A stretch of DNA of 64,000 nt from Vicinamibacterales bacterium (GTDB lineage: Bacteria; Acidobacteriota; Vicinamibacteria; Vicinamibacterales; UBA8438). Location of the stretch: the NCBI GenBank assembly GCA_965263055.1, contig OZ253581.1:1071794-1135793 (forward strand). The letters are read 5' to 3'. Under the pieces are notes generated by a model that saw only the letters and a list, made by a program, of their open reading frames with translations, ran no database searches and was not told the DNA's origin. Of the stretch, positions 10,682 to 20,188 are shown piece after piece. The translations under genes were made by a program, and so were the position numbers. Within the stretch, counting starts at the first letter, position 1. Each line of letters begins with the position of its first letter.

Positions 10682-12130
10682 TTACTCGTCGTTCAGCAGG
10701 GGGTCCGACAGGAGGCCGGAATCCGATCCCGAGTCGAGATCGTCCGGCAGCTCCGCCACCTCGTCCCGCGCGTAGTCCGGCGGCGCGCCCGGCCGCGACA
10801 GCAGCTCGAAGCGCGTCTGCTCCTTCAGGAAGGCAAGCCTCACCATGCCGGTGGGGCCGTTCCGCTGCTTGCCTATGATGATCTCGGCAATCCCCTCGTT
10901 CTCCGGCGTCCGTTCGTACATCTCCTCCCGGTAGATGAACATCACGACATCGGCGTCCTGCTCGAGCGCGCCCGACTCCCGCAGGTCGGAGAGCTGCGGC
11001 CGGCGATCCGTCCGCGCGCGCGACTCCGGCGCGCGGCTGAGCTGCGAGAGCGCGACGACCGGCACGTTCAGTTCCTTCGCCAACTGCTTCAGCGCACGGG
11101 AGATGGAGGCGAGCTCCTGGGTCCGGTTCTCGAACCGGCCGCGCCCCTGCATCAACTGGAGGTAGTCGATGATCAGCAGGTCGAGACCATGCTCCGCCTT
11201 GAGGCGGCGCGACTTCGCGCGCATCTCGAGCACGCCGGCGCCGGCCGAATCGTCGATGTGCATCCGCATCTCCGCCAGCCGTCCCATCGCGCCGGTCAAG
11301 GCGCCGTAGTCCGCCTGGGTCAGCAGACCGGTCCGGAAGCGGTGCGAATCGACCCGCGCCTCGGACGTGAGCAGGCGCATGAAGAGCTGTTCCCTCGCCA
11401 TCTCGAGACTGAAGACTCCGACCGTCCCATCCGCCTGCGCCACGTTGCGGCCGATGTTCAGCGCCAAGGCGGTCTTCCCCATCGACGGACGGGCCGCGAT
11501 GATGATCAGGTCGGCCTGCTGGAGACCCGCCGTCATCTCGTCGATGTCGTCGAAGCCGGTCGCCACCCCGGTCACGAAGCTCTGCTGCGACTGCAGTCGT
11601 TCGATCGTGTCGCCGCCCGCTTCGACCAGCTTGGCCATGGAGACGAACCCGCTCGAGATGCGGTCCTCGGCGATCTCGAAAATCTCCTGGCCCGCCTGAT
11701 CGAGGATGTCGTCCGCCGTCTGATCGGAGGCGTACGCGGTGGCCGCGATCCGGTTCGCCGAGTTGATCAGGGCGCGGAGGGTCGAATGCTCCTTGACGAT
11801 ACGGGCGTAGTGATCCACGTTGGTGGATCGGGGCACGCCGTCGGCGAGGGACGAGATGTAGGCGGCGCCGCCCACCTGTTCGAGCAGGCTGGCCCGGCCG
11901 AGCTCCGCTCGAAGGGTGACGAGGTCGATCGGATCGCCCCGCTGGGAGAGGACGACCATCGAGTCGAAGACCCGGCGGTGGGCGTCGCGGAAGAAGTCGT
12001 CCGAGTCGATCAGCTCCGCCGCGATGTCGATGGCGGGGTTGTGGACCAGGATGGCGCCGAGCACGCTCCGCTCCGCTTCCAGGTTGTGCGGGAGCACCCG
12101 CTCGGCCTGTCCTGCGACGGTCGGCGCCAT
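10682..12130 (-). CDS. dnaB: Replicative DNA helicase DnaB
   Basis: PHNLEAERSVLGAILV N-domain and Walker A ARPSMGKTALALN. Start set at ATG 12130, preceded by GGGAGGAACG. The track start at 12244 would overlap rplI. Confidence 0.95.
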   Translation of the reverse strand: MAPTVAGQAERVLPHNLEAERSVLGAILVHNPAIDIAAELIDSDDFFRDAHRRVFDSMVVLSQRGDPIDLVTLRAELGRASLLEQVGGAAYISSLADGVPRSTNVDHYARIVKEHSTLRALINSANRIAATAYASDQTADDILDQAGQEIFEIAEDRISSGFVSMAKLVEAGGDTIERLQSQQSFVTGVATGFDDIDEMTAGLQQADLIIIAARPSMGKTALALNIGRNVAQADGTVGVFSLEMAREQLFMRLLTSEARVDSHRFRTGLLTQADYGALTGAMGRLAEMRMHIDDSAGAGVLEMRAKSRRLKAEHGLDLLIIDYLQLMQGRGRFENRTQELASISRALKQLAKELNVPVVALSQLSRAPESRARTDRRPQLSDLRESGALEQDADVVMFIYREEMYERTPENEGIAEIIIGKQRNGPTGMVRLAFLKEQTRFELLSRPGAPPDYARDEVAELPDDLDSGSDSGLLSDPLLNDE

Positions 12131-12176
12131 CGTTCCTCCCGCGGCGCGGACGCCCTGTCCGCCCCGGCTCAAGCGG

Positions 12177-12722
12177 TCAGGATTCCTCGGTCTCGGACGG
12201 CGTCTCCGGCGTCTCGCCGGCAGGCTCGGCCGCCGCTGCGGCATCCTCCGCCGGCGGCGGCACCGGCAGGCGGTCGTAACCCTCCGCCACGACGTTCACC
12301 ACGACCTCGGCGGTCACATCGTGATGCAGCTTGATCGGAACGTTGAACGCGCCCAGCACCTTGATCGGCTCGCGCAGGCGGATCTGCTTCCTGTTGATCT
12401 CCACCTCGGCGCCTTCGAACGCTTCCGCGATGTCGGCCACGGTGACCGAGCCGTACAGCGTCCCGGTCTGGCCCACGCGCCGCACGATCGTGCATTCGAG
12501 CCCCTGCATCCGGCCCGCGACCGCCTCGGCGGCGACCCGTTCGTCCGCTTCGCGCGCCTCCGCCAACGCCCGCTCCCGCTCCACGTGACGCTTGCTCCCC
12601 TCCGTCACCTGCAACGCCAGCTTCTGCGGAAGGAGGTAGTTGCGCGCGTAGCCGTTCGCGACGGTCACGACATCGCCGCGCCGGCCGAGGTTCTCGACGT
12701 GGTTCCTCAGGATGACTTGCAT
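12177..12722 (-). CDS. rplI: 50S ribosomal protein L9 (with acidic/Pro-rich C-terminal tail)
   Basis: 181 aa beginning MQVILRNHVENLGRRGDVVTVANGYARNYLLPQKLA. rpsF-rpsR-rplI synteny. Confidence 0.9.
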   Translation of the reverse strand: MQVILRNHVENLGRRGDVVTVANGYARNYLLPQKLALQVTEGSKRHVERERALAEAREADERVAAEAVAGRMQGLECTIVRRVGQTGTLYGSVTVADIAEAFEGAEVEINRKQIRLREPIKVLGAFNVPIKLHHDVTAEVVVNVVAEGYDRLPVPPPAEDAAAAAEPAGETPETPSETEES

Positions 12723-12759
12723 CGTTGCCCTCTATGGATGACCGATCCGTCCACGGCGA

Positions 12760-13071
12760 TCAGTCGACGACGTACGGGATCAACGCGAGCTGCCGCGCCC
12801 GCTTGATGGCCCGGGTCAGCATCCGCTGACACTTCGCGCAGGTGCCGGAGATCCGCCGCGGCTGGATCTTGCCCCGATCGCCCAGCGCCATCATCAACAT
12901 CCGAACATCCTTGTAGTCGATGTAGTCGACCTTGTCGACGCAGAAGCGGCATACCTTGCGGCGGCGTGCGCCGCCCCCCCGGCGTGGGCCGCCGCCGCTC
13001 CTGCCCGCACTGCTGCCCCTGCCTGCACTACCGCCCCGCCCGCCGCGCCGACCGCCACGCTCATCGCTCAT
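12760..13071 (-). CDS. rpsR: 30S ribosomal protein S18 (with RGG-rich N-terminal extension)
   Basis: 103 aa with the core [16 protein letters not shown]...[34 protein letters not shown]. Confidence 0.9.
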   Translation of the reverse strand: MSDERGGRRGGRGGSAGRGSSAGRSGGGPRRGGGARRRKVCRFCVDKVDYIDYKDVRMLMMALGDRGKIQPRRISGTCAKCQRMLTRAIKRARQLALIPYVVD

Positions 13072-13634
13072 GACTTCTTCTCCTCATCCGTCTGCGTATC
13101 CGCCGGTGCATCCGCCGGCGTGACCGGCTGTGCGTTCACCTGCGTATCCACTTCCGCATCCGGCTGCGCATCCGCCGGCGCCGGCGCTACCGGCTCCGCG
13201 TCGCCCGCCGCCGGCTCCACCGCGGCCGCCGCTACCGGTGCGGGGCTCCCGCTCCCGCCCTTCGCGTCCTTCCTGGCCCGGCGGCGGTCGTGCCGGCCCT
13301 GCCGCCGTGCGCGCTTGTGCTCCGCCTTCCGCAACACTTCGTCCACCCGGATCAGCAAGTGGCGCAGCAACTGCTCCATGACGCGGAGCCGCCGCTCCAG
13401 CTCGGTCACCATCTCGCCCGGACCGGTGATCAGGGCGATCACGTAGGTCCCTTCGCGGTGGCGGTTGATCTCGTAGGCGAGGCGGCGGCGGCCCCAGTTG
13501 TCAGTCTTGTCGACGGTCCCGCCCAACTGCCGGACGATCTCGGAGATCCGTTCGTGCAGTTCGTTCACGCCCTCGTCCGGCACCGCCGGACTGATGACGT
13601 AGGCCAATTCGTACTGTCGGTCTGCTTCGCTCAT
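13068..13634 (-). CDS. rpsF: 30S ribosomal protein S6 (long low-complexity C-terminal tail)
   Basis: 188 aa with the N-terminal [11 protein letters not shown]...[20 protein letters not shown]6 core. It overlaps rpsR by 4 nt. Confidence 0.9.
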   Translation of the reverse strand: MSEADRQYELAYVISPAVPDEGVNELHERISEIVRQLGGTVDKTDNWGRRRLAYEINRHREGTYVIALITGPGEMVTELERRLRVMEQLLRHLLIRVDEVLRKAEHKRARRQGRHDRRRARKDAKGGSGSPAPVAAAAVEPAAGDAEPVAPAPADAQPDAEVDTQVNAQPVTPADAPADTQTDEEKKS

Positions 13635-13687
13635 GCTGCTCCTCTCGGACTGAACGGCCGCCGGCCTGCCGGCGGCAAGGAAGCGTT

Positions 13688-14245
13688 TCAGTTAAACCGG
13701 TTCATCGTCTTCTCGATGCCGTCCGCGACGAACGTCTCGACCGCGTCGGCCGCACGCCCAATCATCTCCTCCACCGTTTCGACCTCGTCCCGCTCGAACC
13801 GGGCCAGCACATGATCCGCCACATCACGCCGCGCGTCACCCCGGCCGACGCCCAGCCGCAGGCGCGCGAACTCAACGGTGCCGAGCCACGCGATGATCGA
13901 CGCCAGCCCGTTGTGCCCGCCGTCCGATCCGCCCGGCCGCGCCCGGATTCTGCCGAGCGGCAGGTTGACGTCGTCCGCCACCACCAGCAGCGCCTCGGGC
14001 GCGATCCGGAAGTAGTGCTGCATCCTCTGCACCGCCCCGCCGCTCAGGTTCATGTACGTGAGCGGCTTCGCCAGTATCACCCGGGCTTCCGCGCCCCGCT
14101 GGCGCGCCATCACCGCGTCGGCGGGGGCGCCCTCGAACGTCAGGCCGAGGCGTTCGGCCAGGAGGTCGACGACGTCGAATCCGACGTTGTGCCGTGTGCC
14201 ATCGTACTTCGGAGCCGGATTCCCCAGACCGACGATCAGATGCAC
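13688..14245 (-). CDS. pth: Peptidyl-tRNA hydrolase
   Basis: 185 aa, MHLIVGLGNPAPKYDGTRHNVGF...GGHNGL motifs. Confidence 0.9.
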   Translation of the reverse strand: MHLIVGLGNPAPKYDGTRHNVGFDVVDLLAERLGLTFEGAPADAVMARQRGAEARVILAKPLTYMNLSGGAVQRMQHYFRIAPEALLVVADDVNLPLGRIRARPGGSDGGHNGLASIIAWLGTVEFARLRLGVGRGDARRDVADHVLARFERDEVETVEEMIGRAADAVETFVADGIEKTMNRFN

Positions 14246-14301
14246 GGCATCCTCCGTGCCCCGCCGTCCGCGCCATCGGCCTCATGCCGGGCACGCAGCG
14301 G

Positions 14302-14964
14302 TCAGCTTCCTCCGCCCTCCGCCTCACCCTCCTCTTTCTTGGCCTCGGCGCCCTCGGCCTCACCCGCGGCCGCCTCCTCGTCCTCTTCTTCCTCCTCGTC
14401 GGCATCCACCTTCGGCGCCGTCACATGCACCAGCAGCACGTCGAGGTCGCTCACCGGCGTCCAGGAGACGCCCGCCGTAACGTCCCCGAGGCGGATGCCG
14501 TCGCCGATCATCAACGGCGTGACGTCAACCTCGATGTGTTCCGGGATCGCCGTCGGGAGGCACTCCACCTGAACTTCGCGGGTGATGAAGTCCACCAGGC
14601 CACTCTGCTGCTTGACGCCGGCCGCCTCGCCCGACAGGCGCACCGGTACCGTCACCGTGATCAACTTGTCGAGCGCGACCCGCAGGAAGTCGACGTGCAG
14701 CACGTGGTCGGTTGTCGGGCTGAGTTGCAGATCCTTCACCAGGACCGAGCCGCCCCCGCCGCCCTCCACCTGCAGGTCGACGATGGTGTTGAGCCCCGTG
14801 TCGGAATGGAGGAGACGGAGCAACGCCTTCGGATCGATCGTAATCGCCGCATCACCCTCCGACCCGCCGTACACCACCGCCGGCACCTGACCGGCCCGGC
14901 GGAGGCGGCGCGCTTCGTTCTTGCCGCGCGTCGTCCGGGCGCCGGCTGTCAATGTCACACTCAT
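14302..14964 (-). CDS. rplY: 50S ribosomal protein L25 / general stress protein Ctc
   Basis: 220 aa with RRLRRAGQVPAVVYGG and two-domain Ctc-type length with an acidic tail. prs-ctc-pth synteny. Confidence 0.9.
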   Translation of the reverse strand: MSVTLTAGARTTRGKNEARRLRRAGQVPAVVYGGSEGDAAITIDPKALLRLLHSDTGLNTIVDLQVEGGGGGSVLVKDLQLSPTTDHVLHVDFLRVALDKLITVTVPVRLSGEAAGVKQQSGLVDFITREVQVECLPTAIPEHIEVDVTPLMIGDGIRLGDVTAGVSWTPVSDLDVLLVHVTAPKVDADEEEEEDEEAAAGEAEGAEAKKEEGEAEGGGS

Positions 14965-15019
14965 TCTTGGCTCTTTGCCTCTGACTTCTGCCGGTCTCGC
15001 GGCAATCTACCTACACAAC

Positions 15020-15973
15020 CTACACGAACAGCGACGAAACCGACGTCTCCCGGTGGATGCTCTCTATCGCCTTGCCCAGCAGGCGAGCCACCGACAGCGT
15101 CCGGATCTTCGAGCACGCTTCGAACTCGGGACGCAGCGGGATCGTGTCGGTCACAATCAGGCTCTCGAGCTCCGCCTCCTCGATCCGCTGCAGCGCGGGA
15201 CCCGACAGGACGCCATGCACCGCGCAGGCGATCACGCTTGCGGCCCCGTTCCGCCGCAGCGCGCCCGACGCCTGCGCCAGCGTCCCGGCGGTGTCGACGA
15301 GGTCATCGAGCAGGATGCAGGTCCGGCCCTCCACGTCGCCGACGACGTTCATCACTTCCGCGTGGCCATCCCCCGAGCGCCGCTTGTCGATGATCGCGAG
15401 GTCGGCATGGAGCCGCTTCGCGTAGGCGCGCGCCCGCTCCACGCCGCCGGCGTCGGGCGAGACGATCGTGACATCGCCGTCGTAGCCGGCGCGCGACAGA
15501 TGCTCGATGAAGACCGGCGTGGCGAACAGGTGGTCGACCGGGATGTCGAAGAATCCCTGAATCTGCGCCTTGTGCAGGTCCATCGTCAGAACCCGGTTGG
15601 CGCCCGCGGCGCTCACCAGGTTGGCCACCAGCTTGGCCGAGATCGGCACCCGCGGCTTGTCCTTCCGGTCCTGCCGGCCATAGCCGTAGTACGGCATCAC
15701 GGCGGTGATCCGCGCGGCCGACGACCGCCGGAACGCGTCGATCATCACGCAGAGCTCCACCAGGTGCTGATCGACCGGCGTGCACGTGGGCTGCACGATG
15801 AAGACATCGGTCCCGCGGACGTTCTCGCCGATCTGGAATGCGACCTCCGTGTCGGAGAACCGCCGGAGGGCCGCCCGGCCGAGGCCGACGCCTACCCCCC
15901 GCGCCATCGATTCCGCAAGCGCCGGGTGGGCGCTCCCCGAGAAGATCTTCAACTCTCCGTTGTGCGTCGGCAC
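15020..15973 (-). CDS. prs: Ribose-phosphate pyrophosphokinase
   Basis: 317 aa with LKIFSGSAHPALA, the PYYGYGRQDRK loop and the DLVDTAGT PRPP-binding motif. Confidence 0.95.
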   Translation of the reverse strand: MPTHNGELKIFSGSAHPALAESMARGVGVGLGRAALRRFSDTEVAFQIGENVRGTDVFIVQPTCTPVDQHLVELCVMIDAFRRSSAARITAVMPYYGYGRQDRKDKPRVPISAKLVANLVSAAGANRVLTMDLHKAQIQGFFDIPVDHLFATPVFIEHLSRAGYDGDVTIVSPDAGGVERARAYAKRLHADLAIIDKRRSGDGHAEVMNVVGDVEGRTCILLDDLVDTAGTLAQASGALRRNGAASVIACAVHGVLSGPALQRIEEAELESLIVTDTIPLRPEFEACSKIRTLSVARLLGKAIESIHRETSVSSLFV

Positions 15974-16028
15974 GTTCTTCTCGTCACCCGTTTGTCCGGG
16001 GCAACCCTCTTACCGTGAAACAGTTGGA

Positions 16029-16102
16029 TGGTTGGGGCGGAAGGATTCGAACCCTCGATCCCGGGACCAAAACCCGGAGCCTTGCCGCTTGGCCACGCCC
16101 CA
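16029..16102 (-). tRNA. tRNA-Gln (anticodon TTG)
   Basis: Reverse complement TGGGGCGTGGCCAAGCGGCAAGGCTCCGGGTTTTGGTCCCGGGATCGAGGGTTCGAATCCTTCCGCCCCAACCA. Anticodon loop TTTTGGT. Confidence 0.85.
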
Positions 16103-16169
16103 ACGGTAGCAGCCCGCCGTCCGAATCGATGCCTCCCCGCCGATGCGCAAACGCGGAGTGTAGATCGGA

Positions 16170-17066
16170 TCAAACCACACGGGCAACGGCGGCGAGCCGG
16201 GCATGCGCGGGCGCGTCGGTCGTCCGGGTCCGCCACGTCCGCCACCCCTCGCGCCGCACCGCGCGGCGAGCCCGTTCCGCCGCCGCGTCCGACCGGTAGA
16301 GTCCGATGACCGCCGACCCACTGCCGGTCATCCCGGCGAGGACCGCGCACGACGCCCGGAGTCGCCGCGCCATCTCGCCGATTGCCGGATGGTGGTCCGA
16401 CACCGGCCCCTCCAGGTCGTTCCACAGTCGATCCGGCTGCAATCGCCATCCTCTCGGCAACCCGGACGGTGCGCCGGCGGCCGCCGACGCCAACTCGTCC
16501 CACCACCGATACGCGGCCGGCGTCGACACCCCGAACCCCGGCGACGCGATTACGACCGCATGGGAACCTGCCGGCGCCAACCGGCGCAGCCGCTCCCCCC
16601 GCCCGGTCGCCAGCACGGTGCCCCCTTCCAGGAAGAACGGCACGTCGGATCCGATCGCCGCCGCCACCTCGCGCAGCAGCCGCTCCGGCGCGCGCGGCGC
16701 CCAGAGTTCCCGCAGCGCCCTCAGCGCCGATACCGCGTCGCTGCTCGCACCCCCCAGTCCGGCCCCCGCCGGCACCACCTTCCGCACCGTCACCGCAACG
16801 CCCGACGGATCGCCGTGCCGACCCAGCGCGCTCCAGAACGCCGCCGCCGCTCTCCACACCAGGTTGTCCCGGTCGCGCGGCATCGACGCCGTTCGGCTGC
16901 GCACCGTGAACGGTCCGGGACGCGCCCTGACGGCAAGTGTGTCGGCGAGCGCGATCGACTGCAGGATCGTCCGCACCTCGTGGTATCCATCCGCGCGCAG
17001 GCGGAGCACCTCGAGATGCAGATTGATCTTCGCCGGTGCGCGTACGTCCAACCGCGGCCCGCTCAT
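16170..17066 (-). CDS. ispE: 4-diphosphocytidyl-2-C-methyl-D-erythritol kinase
   Basis: From MSGPRLDVRAPAKINLHLEVL..., with the GHMP motif PAGAGLGGASSDA. Start is cat 17064-17066, in ATGA overlap with the upstream gene. The longer track ORF is a GC-driven extension. Confidence 0.9.
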   Translation of the reverse strand: MSGPRLDVRAPAKINLHLEVLRLRADGYHEVRTILQSIALADTLAVRARPGPFTVRSRTASMPRDRDNLVWRAAAAFWSALGRHGDPSGVAVTVRKVVPAGAGLGGASSDAVSALRALRELWAPRAPERLLREVAAAIGSDVPFFLEGGTVLATGRGERLRRLAPAGSHAVVIASPGFGVSTPAAYRWWDELASAAAGAPSGLPRGWRLQPDRLWNDLEGPVSDHHPAIGEMARRLRASCAVLAGMTGSGSAVIGLYRSDAAAERARRAVRREGWRTWRTRTTDAPAHARLAAVARVV

Positions 17067-17932
17067 CTGCCGTTGGGCGGCGCCGGCGCTTCCGGCGTCT
17101 CCGGCGTCTCCGGCGATACGAGGGGCGACGCGCCGCGCACCCGATCGACGGTGGTCGGCACGTACGCCGCCGGCACATCGATCAGAAACACCGCCGGATG
17201 GAGCGCCGTGTTGATGTTCACCTGCGAGAGCGATCCGGTCAGGTCGGTTGCCTCGGCCCTCTCCGGCGGCCCTGCCACCTCCACCCGGAACGCGCGCGGC
17301 AGGCCGCGGACATGGTCGCTGTACGCCACGGTCAACCGCCCCCGCCGGCCCGCGACGACGACCGGCCCGGCGTCCGCGCCGCCCGGCGCCTCGCGCAGAT
17401 AGGCGACCACGCCCCCGTCGAGGTCGATGATCGTCCAGTCGCCACCCACCCGGCGTCCCGCCACCGTCGCCGCCCCGGGGGACAGGCATCCCGTCAGCAA
17501 CCCCTCCAGGTCCGCCGGATTCAGTTCCAGGCCGGCCAGCGCGTCGAGCAGAACCGCCGGACTGGACCCCGTGATCACCTGCCGGTCGCGCGGCAGCAGC
17601 AGCGTCGCCATTCGATCGTCCGACGCCACCAGGATGAAGAGGGATGCGCCGAACGGAGCGAGCGCCTCCAGCCGAAGGGCGCCTCCCGCCACCGCGCCGC
17701 GGATCCGCGTGCGGCGCAACGGCGCACCGTTCGCCCGGCCTCCAATGGACAGGACGAACTCCATCGATTGCACCGCGCGGCACGCCCCGGTCGCCGAATC
17801 CCAGATCGCGGCGTGATCCGTCAGCGGCACGCCGGTTCCGGTCGGCAGCTCGATCCCGCGCCGGGCCGGCGCGCAGGCGCTGACGACCGCCAGCAGCGCC
17901 AGAAGCAGGAGTGAACGTCGAATGGAGCGCAC
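17063..17932 (-). CDS. Lipoprotein, LolB-like by position and size
   Basis: 289 aa with a signal peptide and lipobox (LLAVVSAC). It sits immediately upstream of ispE, as lolB does in proteobacteria. The sequence call itself is weak. Confidence 0.45.
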   Translation of the reverse strand: MRSIRRSLLLLALLAVVSACAPARRGIELPTGTGVPLTDHAAIWDSATGACRAVQSMEFVLSIGGRANGAPLRRTRIRGAVAGGALRLEALAPFGASLFILVASDDRMATLLLPRDRQVITGSSPAVLLDALAGLELNPADLEGLLTGCLSPGAATVAGRRVGGDWTIIDLDGGVVAYLREAPGGADAGPVVVAGRRGRLTVAYSDHVRGLPRAFRVEVAGPPERAEATDLTGSLSQVNINTALHPAVFLIDVPAAYVPTTVDRVRGASPLVSPETPETPEAPAPPNGR

Positions 17933-17954
17933 CGATCGGTGGCTGACCTATGAG

Positions 17955-19904
17955 CTAACGGCCAGCGTCGTCAATCTTTCGCTGGACCACGTCCGGATCG
18001 ATCCCGTCGCGGTCGCCGTTCAGCGCGCGTTCCCACGCCGCGATCGCCTCGTCGACTCGGCCGAGACGGTGCAGCAGGTCGCCCAGGTGGTCCTGCACGA
18101 CCGAGTTGCTCTGCAACTGATCGCCCGCCGCCCGCAGTGGCGCCTCGGCGAGGTCGAGCCGATCCAGCTTGAAGTACGCCCAGCCGAGGCTGTCGAGGTA
18201 CGACCCGTTGTGCGGATCCATCTCGATCGCCCGCTCGATGAGCGCGACCGATTCGCTCAGCCGCTCCCCCCGCTCGGCCAGCATGTAGCCGAGGTAGTTA
18301 AGGGCGGCGGCGTGCTCCGAATCCTCCTCGATCACTTCGCGGAACATCTGCTCCGCTTCGGCGAAGCGGCCGGTCTGCTCGAAGACGGAGCCCAACTGGA
18401 ACGTGATCGACGTCACCGCGGGGAACCGCTCGCGCGCCGCTTCGAGCAGCGCGATCGCGTCGGCGTGGCGGTCATGCTGGCCGTAGTAGCCCGCCAGCGC
18501 GAGGTGCGTGCGGACATCGTCCGGGTTGCCCTCCAGCACCGTGCGGAGCGCCTGCCCGCCCGCCTCCACGTCGCCGCTCCGCGCCAGCAGGTCGGCGTCG
18601 ATCATCTCGACCGACAGGTTGTCCGGATTGTTCACGCGCGCGCGGCGCAGAGCGTCCCGCGCATCCTGATCGCGGTCCGCGTCGACATAGGCCTGCGCCA
18701 GGCGGGCCAGGAACCGCACGTCTGACGGCATCAGCGCGACCGCCCCCTCGTACACGCGGATCGCGCCGTCGCTATCCTCCAGCGCCTCGTACGCGAAGCC
18801 GAGCCGGTCGAACACGGTCACCAGCCGCTCGGGGCGGACCTCCTCCGAAAGAGCCCGCGCCAGGATCGGCGCCAGCGTATCGACCATCCGCTGGTACTCG
18901 CGCCGCCGCTCGAAGACCTGCGCCAGCGTCGATGGCCCGCGCAACCCGTCCGGCTCCAGTTCGATCAACCGCGCCGCGGCGGTCTCGGCCGCGTCGAAGT
19001 TGTTGGTCTCCAGCTCGACTTCCGCCAGCAGCCGCCAGGCGAGGGCGTCGCGCGGACGCATCTCGATCAGGTCTTCGATCACGCCGCGCGCGCGTGCCGG
19101 CTCGCCGGCTTCGAGGAGCGTGCCCGCGAGCCGCTGCCGGACGCTGGCGTTGCGCGGATTGAGTGAGGCGGCCCGCTCGTAGGCCTCGGCCGCGTCGCTC
19201 CACCGGCGGCGGCGCTCGTACATCTCGCCCAGCCGCGCGAGCCCCTGGTACGTCGGACGGCTGTTGACGACCGCCTCCTCGAGCGTCGCCAGCGCCTCGT
19301 CCGGCCGCCCTGCCTGCTCGTACGCCTGCGACAGCAGGAGGCGCGACGGCTGGTAGCCGAGCTGATCCTTCGCGAGCGCCTCCAGCAGGTCGATCGCATC
19401 GTCGTTCTCACCGGCCCGGAGGTAGAGGCGGGCCAGCGTCAATTCCACCTGCAGGTCGGGAACCACCGTGTCGCGCGCCTGCTCCATGTGGGCAATCGCC
19501 TGGTCGACACCCTCGGGCGTCGCCTCGCGGGACATCGCCGCCGGCGCAAGGTTCAGCCCGAGCACCCGGTGCGCGCTCACGTTGGAGGGGTCACGCTCGA
19601 TCGCCTCGTTCGCGGCGGCGAGCGATTCGGTCTCCCGGCCGGCGCGGGCATAGAGCCCGGCCAGCTCGGCCAGCGGCTCGCCCGCCTCGGGGTCGAGGCG
19701 GGCCGCGTCGCGGAGCGCCTGAATGGCGCCGTCGGTGTTGTCTTCGCCCTCGAGATGGCGGCCCAGCATGAAGAGGCGGTACGCCTCGGCGCGATCGCCC
19801 GTATCTGCGTCGGGCGCGGAGGAAGTTTGCGCGGCGGCGGGCACCCCGGCCATCGGGGCGAGCAGCAGCGCGACGCCGAACAGGACAAAGGTCGGCCAGC
19901 GCAT
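17955..19904 (-). CDS. Secreted tetratricopeptide-repeat protein
   Basis: Start set at MRWPTFVLFGVALLLAPMAGVPAAAQ (signal peptide; cat 19902-19904). The body is made of many A/L/Y-rich 34-aa TPR-like units. Confidence 0.8.
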   Translation of the reverse strand: MRWPTFVLFGVALLLAPMAGVPAAAQTSSAPDADTGDRAEAYRLFMLGRHLEGEDNTDGAIQALRDAARLDPEAGEPLAELAGLYARAGRETESLAAANEAIERDPSNVSAHRVLGLNLAPAAMSREATPEGVDQAIAHMEQARDTVVPDLQVELTLARLYLRAGENDDAIDLLEALAKDQLGYQPSRLLLSQAYEQAGRPDEALATLEEAVVNSRPTYQGLARLGEMYERRRRWSDAAEAYERAASLNPRNASVRQRLAGTLLEAGEPARARGVIEDLIEMRPRDALAWRLLAEVELETNNFDAAETAAARLIELEPDGLRGPSTLAQVFERRREYQRMVDTLAPILARALSEEVRPERLVTVFDRLGFAYEALEDSDGAIRVYEGAVALMPSDVRFLARLAQAYVDADRDQDARDALRRARVNNPDNLSVEMIDADLLARSGDVEAGGQALRTVLEGNPDDVRTHLALAGYYGQHDRHADAIALLEAARERFPAVTSITFQLGSVFEQTGRFAEAEQMFREVIEEDSEHAAALNYLGYMLAERGERLSESVALIERAIEMDPHNGSYLDSLGWAYFKLDRLDLAEAPLRAAGDQLQSNSVVQDHLGDLLHRLGRVDEAIAAWERALNGDRDGIDPDVVQRKIDDAGR

Positions 19905-19978
19905 GAGGAATCGATTGTTCCACAGGTGGGGCGGCGGAGTCCACGTCGCGGTCGCGTCACAGTTACAATGGCGGGGCG

Positions 19979-20188
19979 ATGCCCATCCACCCCGAGCTGC
20001 TCGCGATCCTCGCCTGCCCCGCCTGCCGGACACCGGTCGCCCTGACGGCGGATGGCTCGGGCCTCCGTTGCGCCCGGTGCCGCCGCGTCTATCCGATCAA
20101 GGACGACATCCCGGTGATGCTCGTCGACGAGGCGACCATCGACGGAGCGCCGGCCGACCAGGCGACGGACGACACCTCGACGTCATGA
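19979..20188 (+). CDS. Trm112/UPF0434-family small zinc-ribbon protein
   Basis: 69 aa, LLAILACPACRTPV...LRCARCRRVYPIKDDIPVMLVDEA. Confidence 0.8.
   Translation: MPIHPELLAILACPACRTPVALTADGSGLRCARCRRVYPIKDDIPVMLVDEATIDGAPADQATDDTSTS

Noticed and set aside
17085-17120. Short tandem repeat GGCGTCTCC x2-3 encoding PETPETPE at the C-terminus of the LolB-like lipoprotein.
   Set aside because: Only two to three 9-nt units. This is an ordinary low-complexity Pro/Glu/Thr tail overlapping the ispE start region, with nothing to suggest a functional repeat locus.
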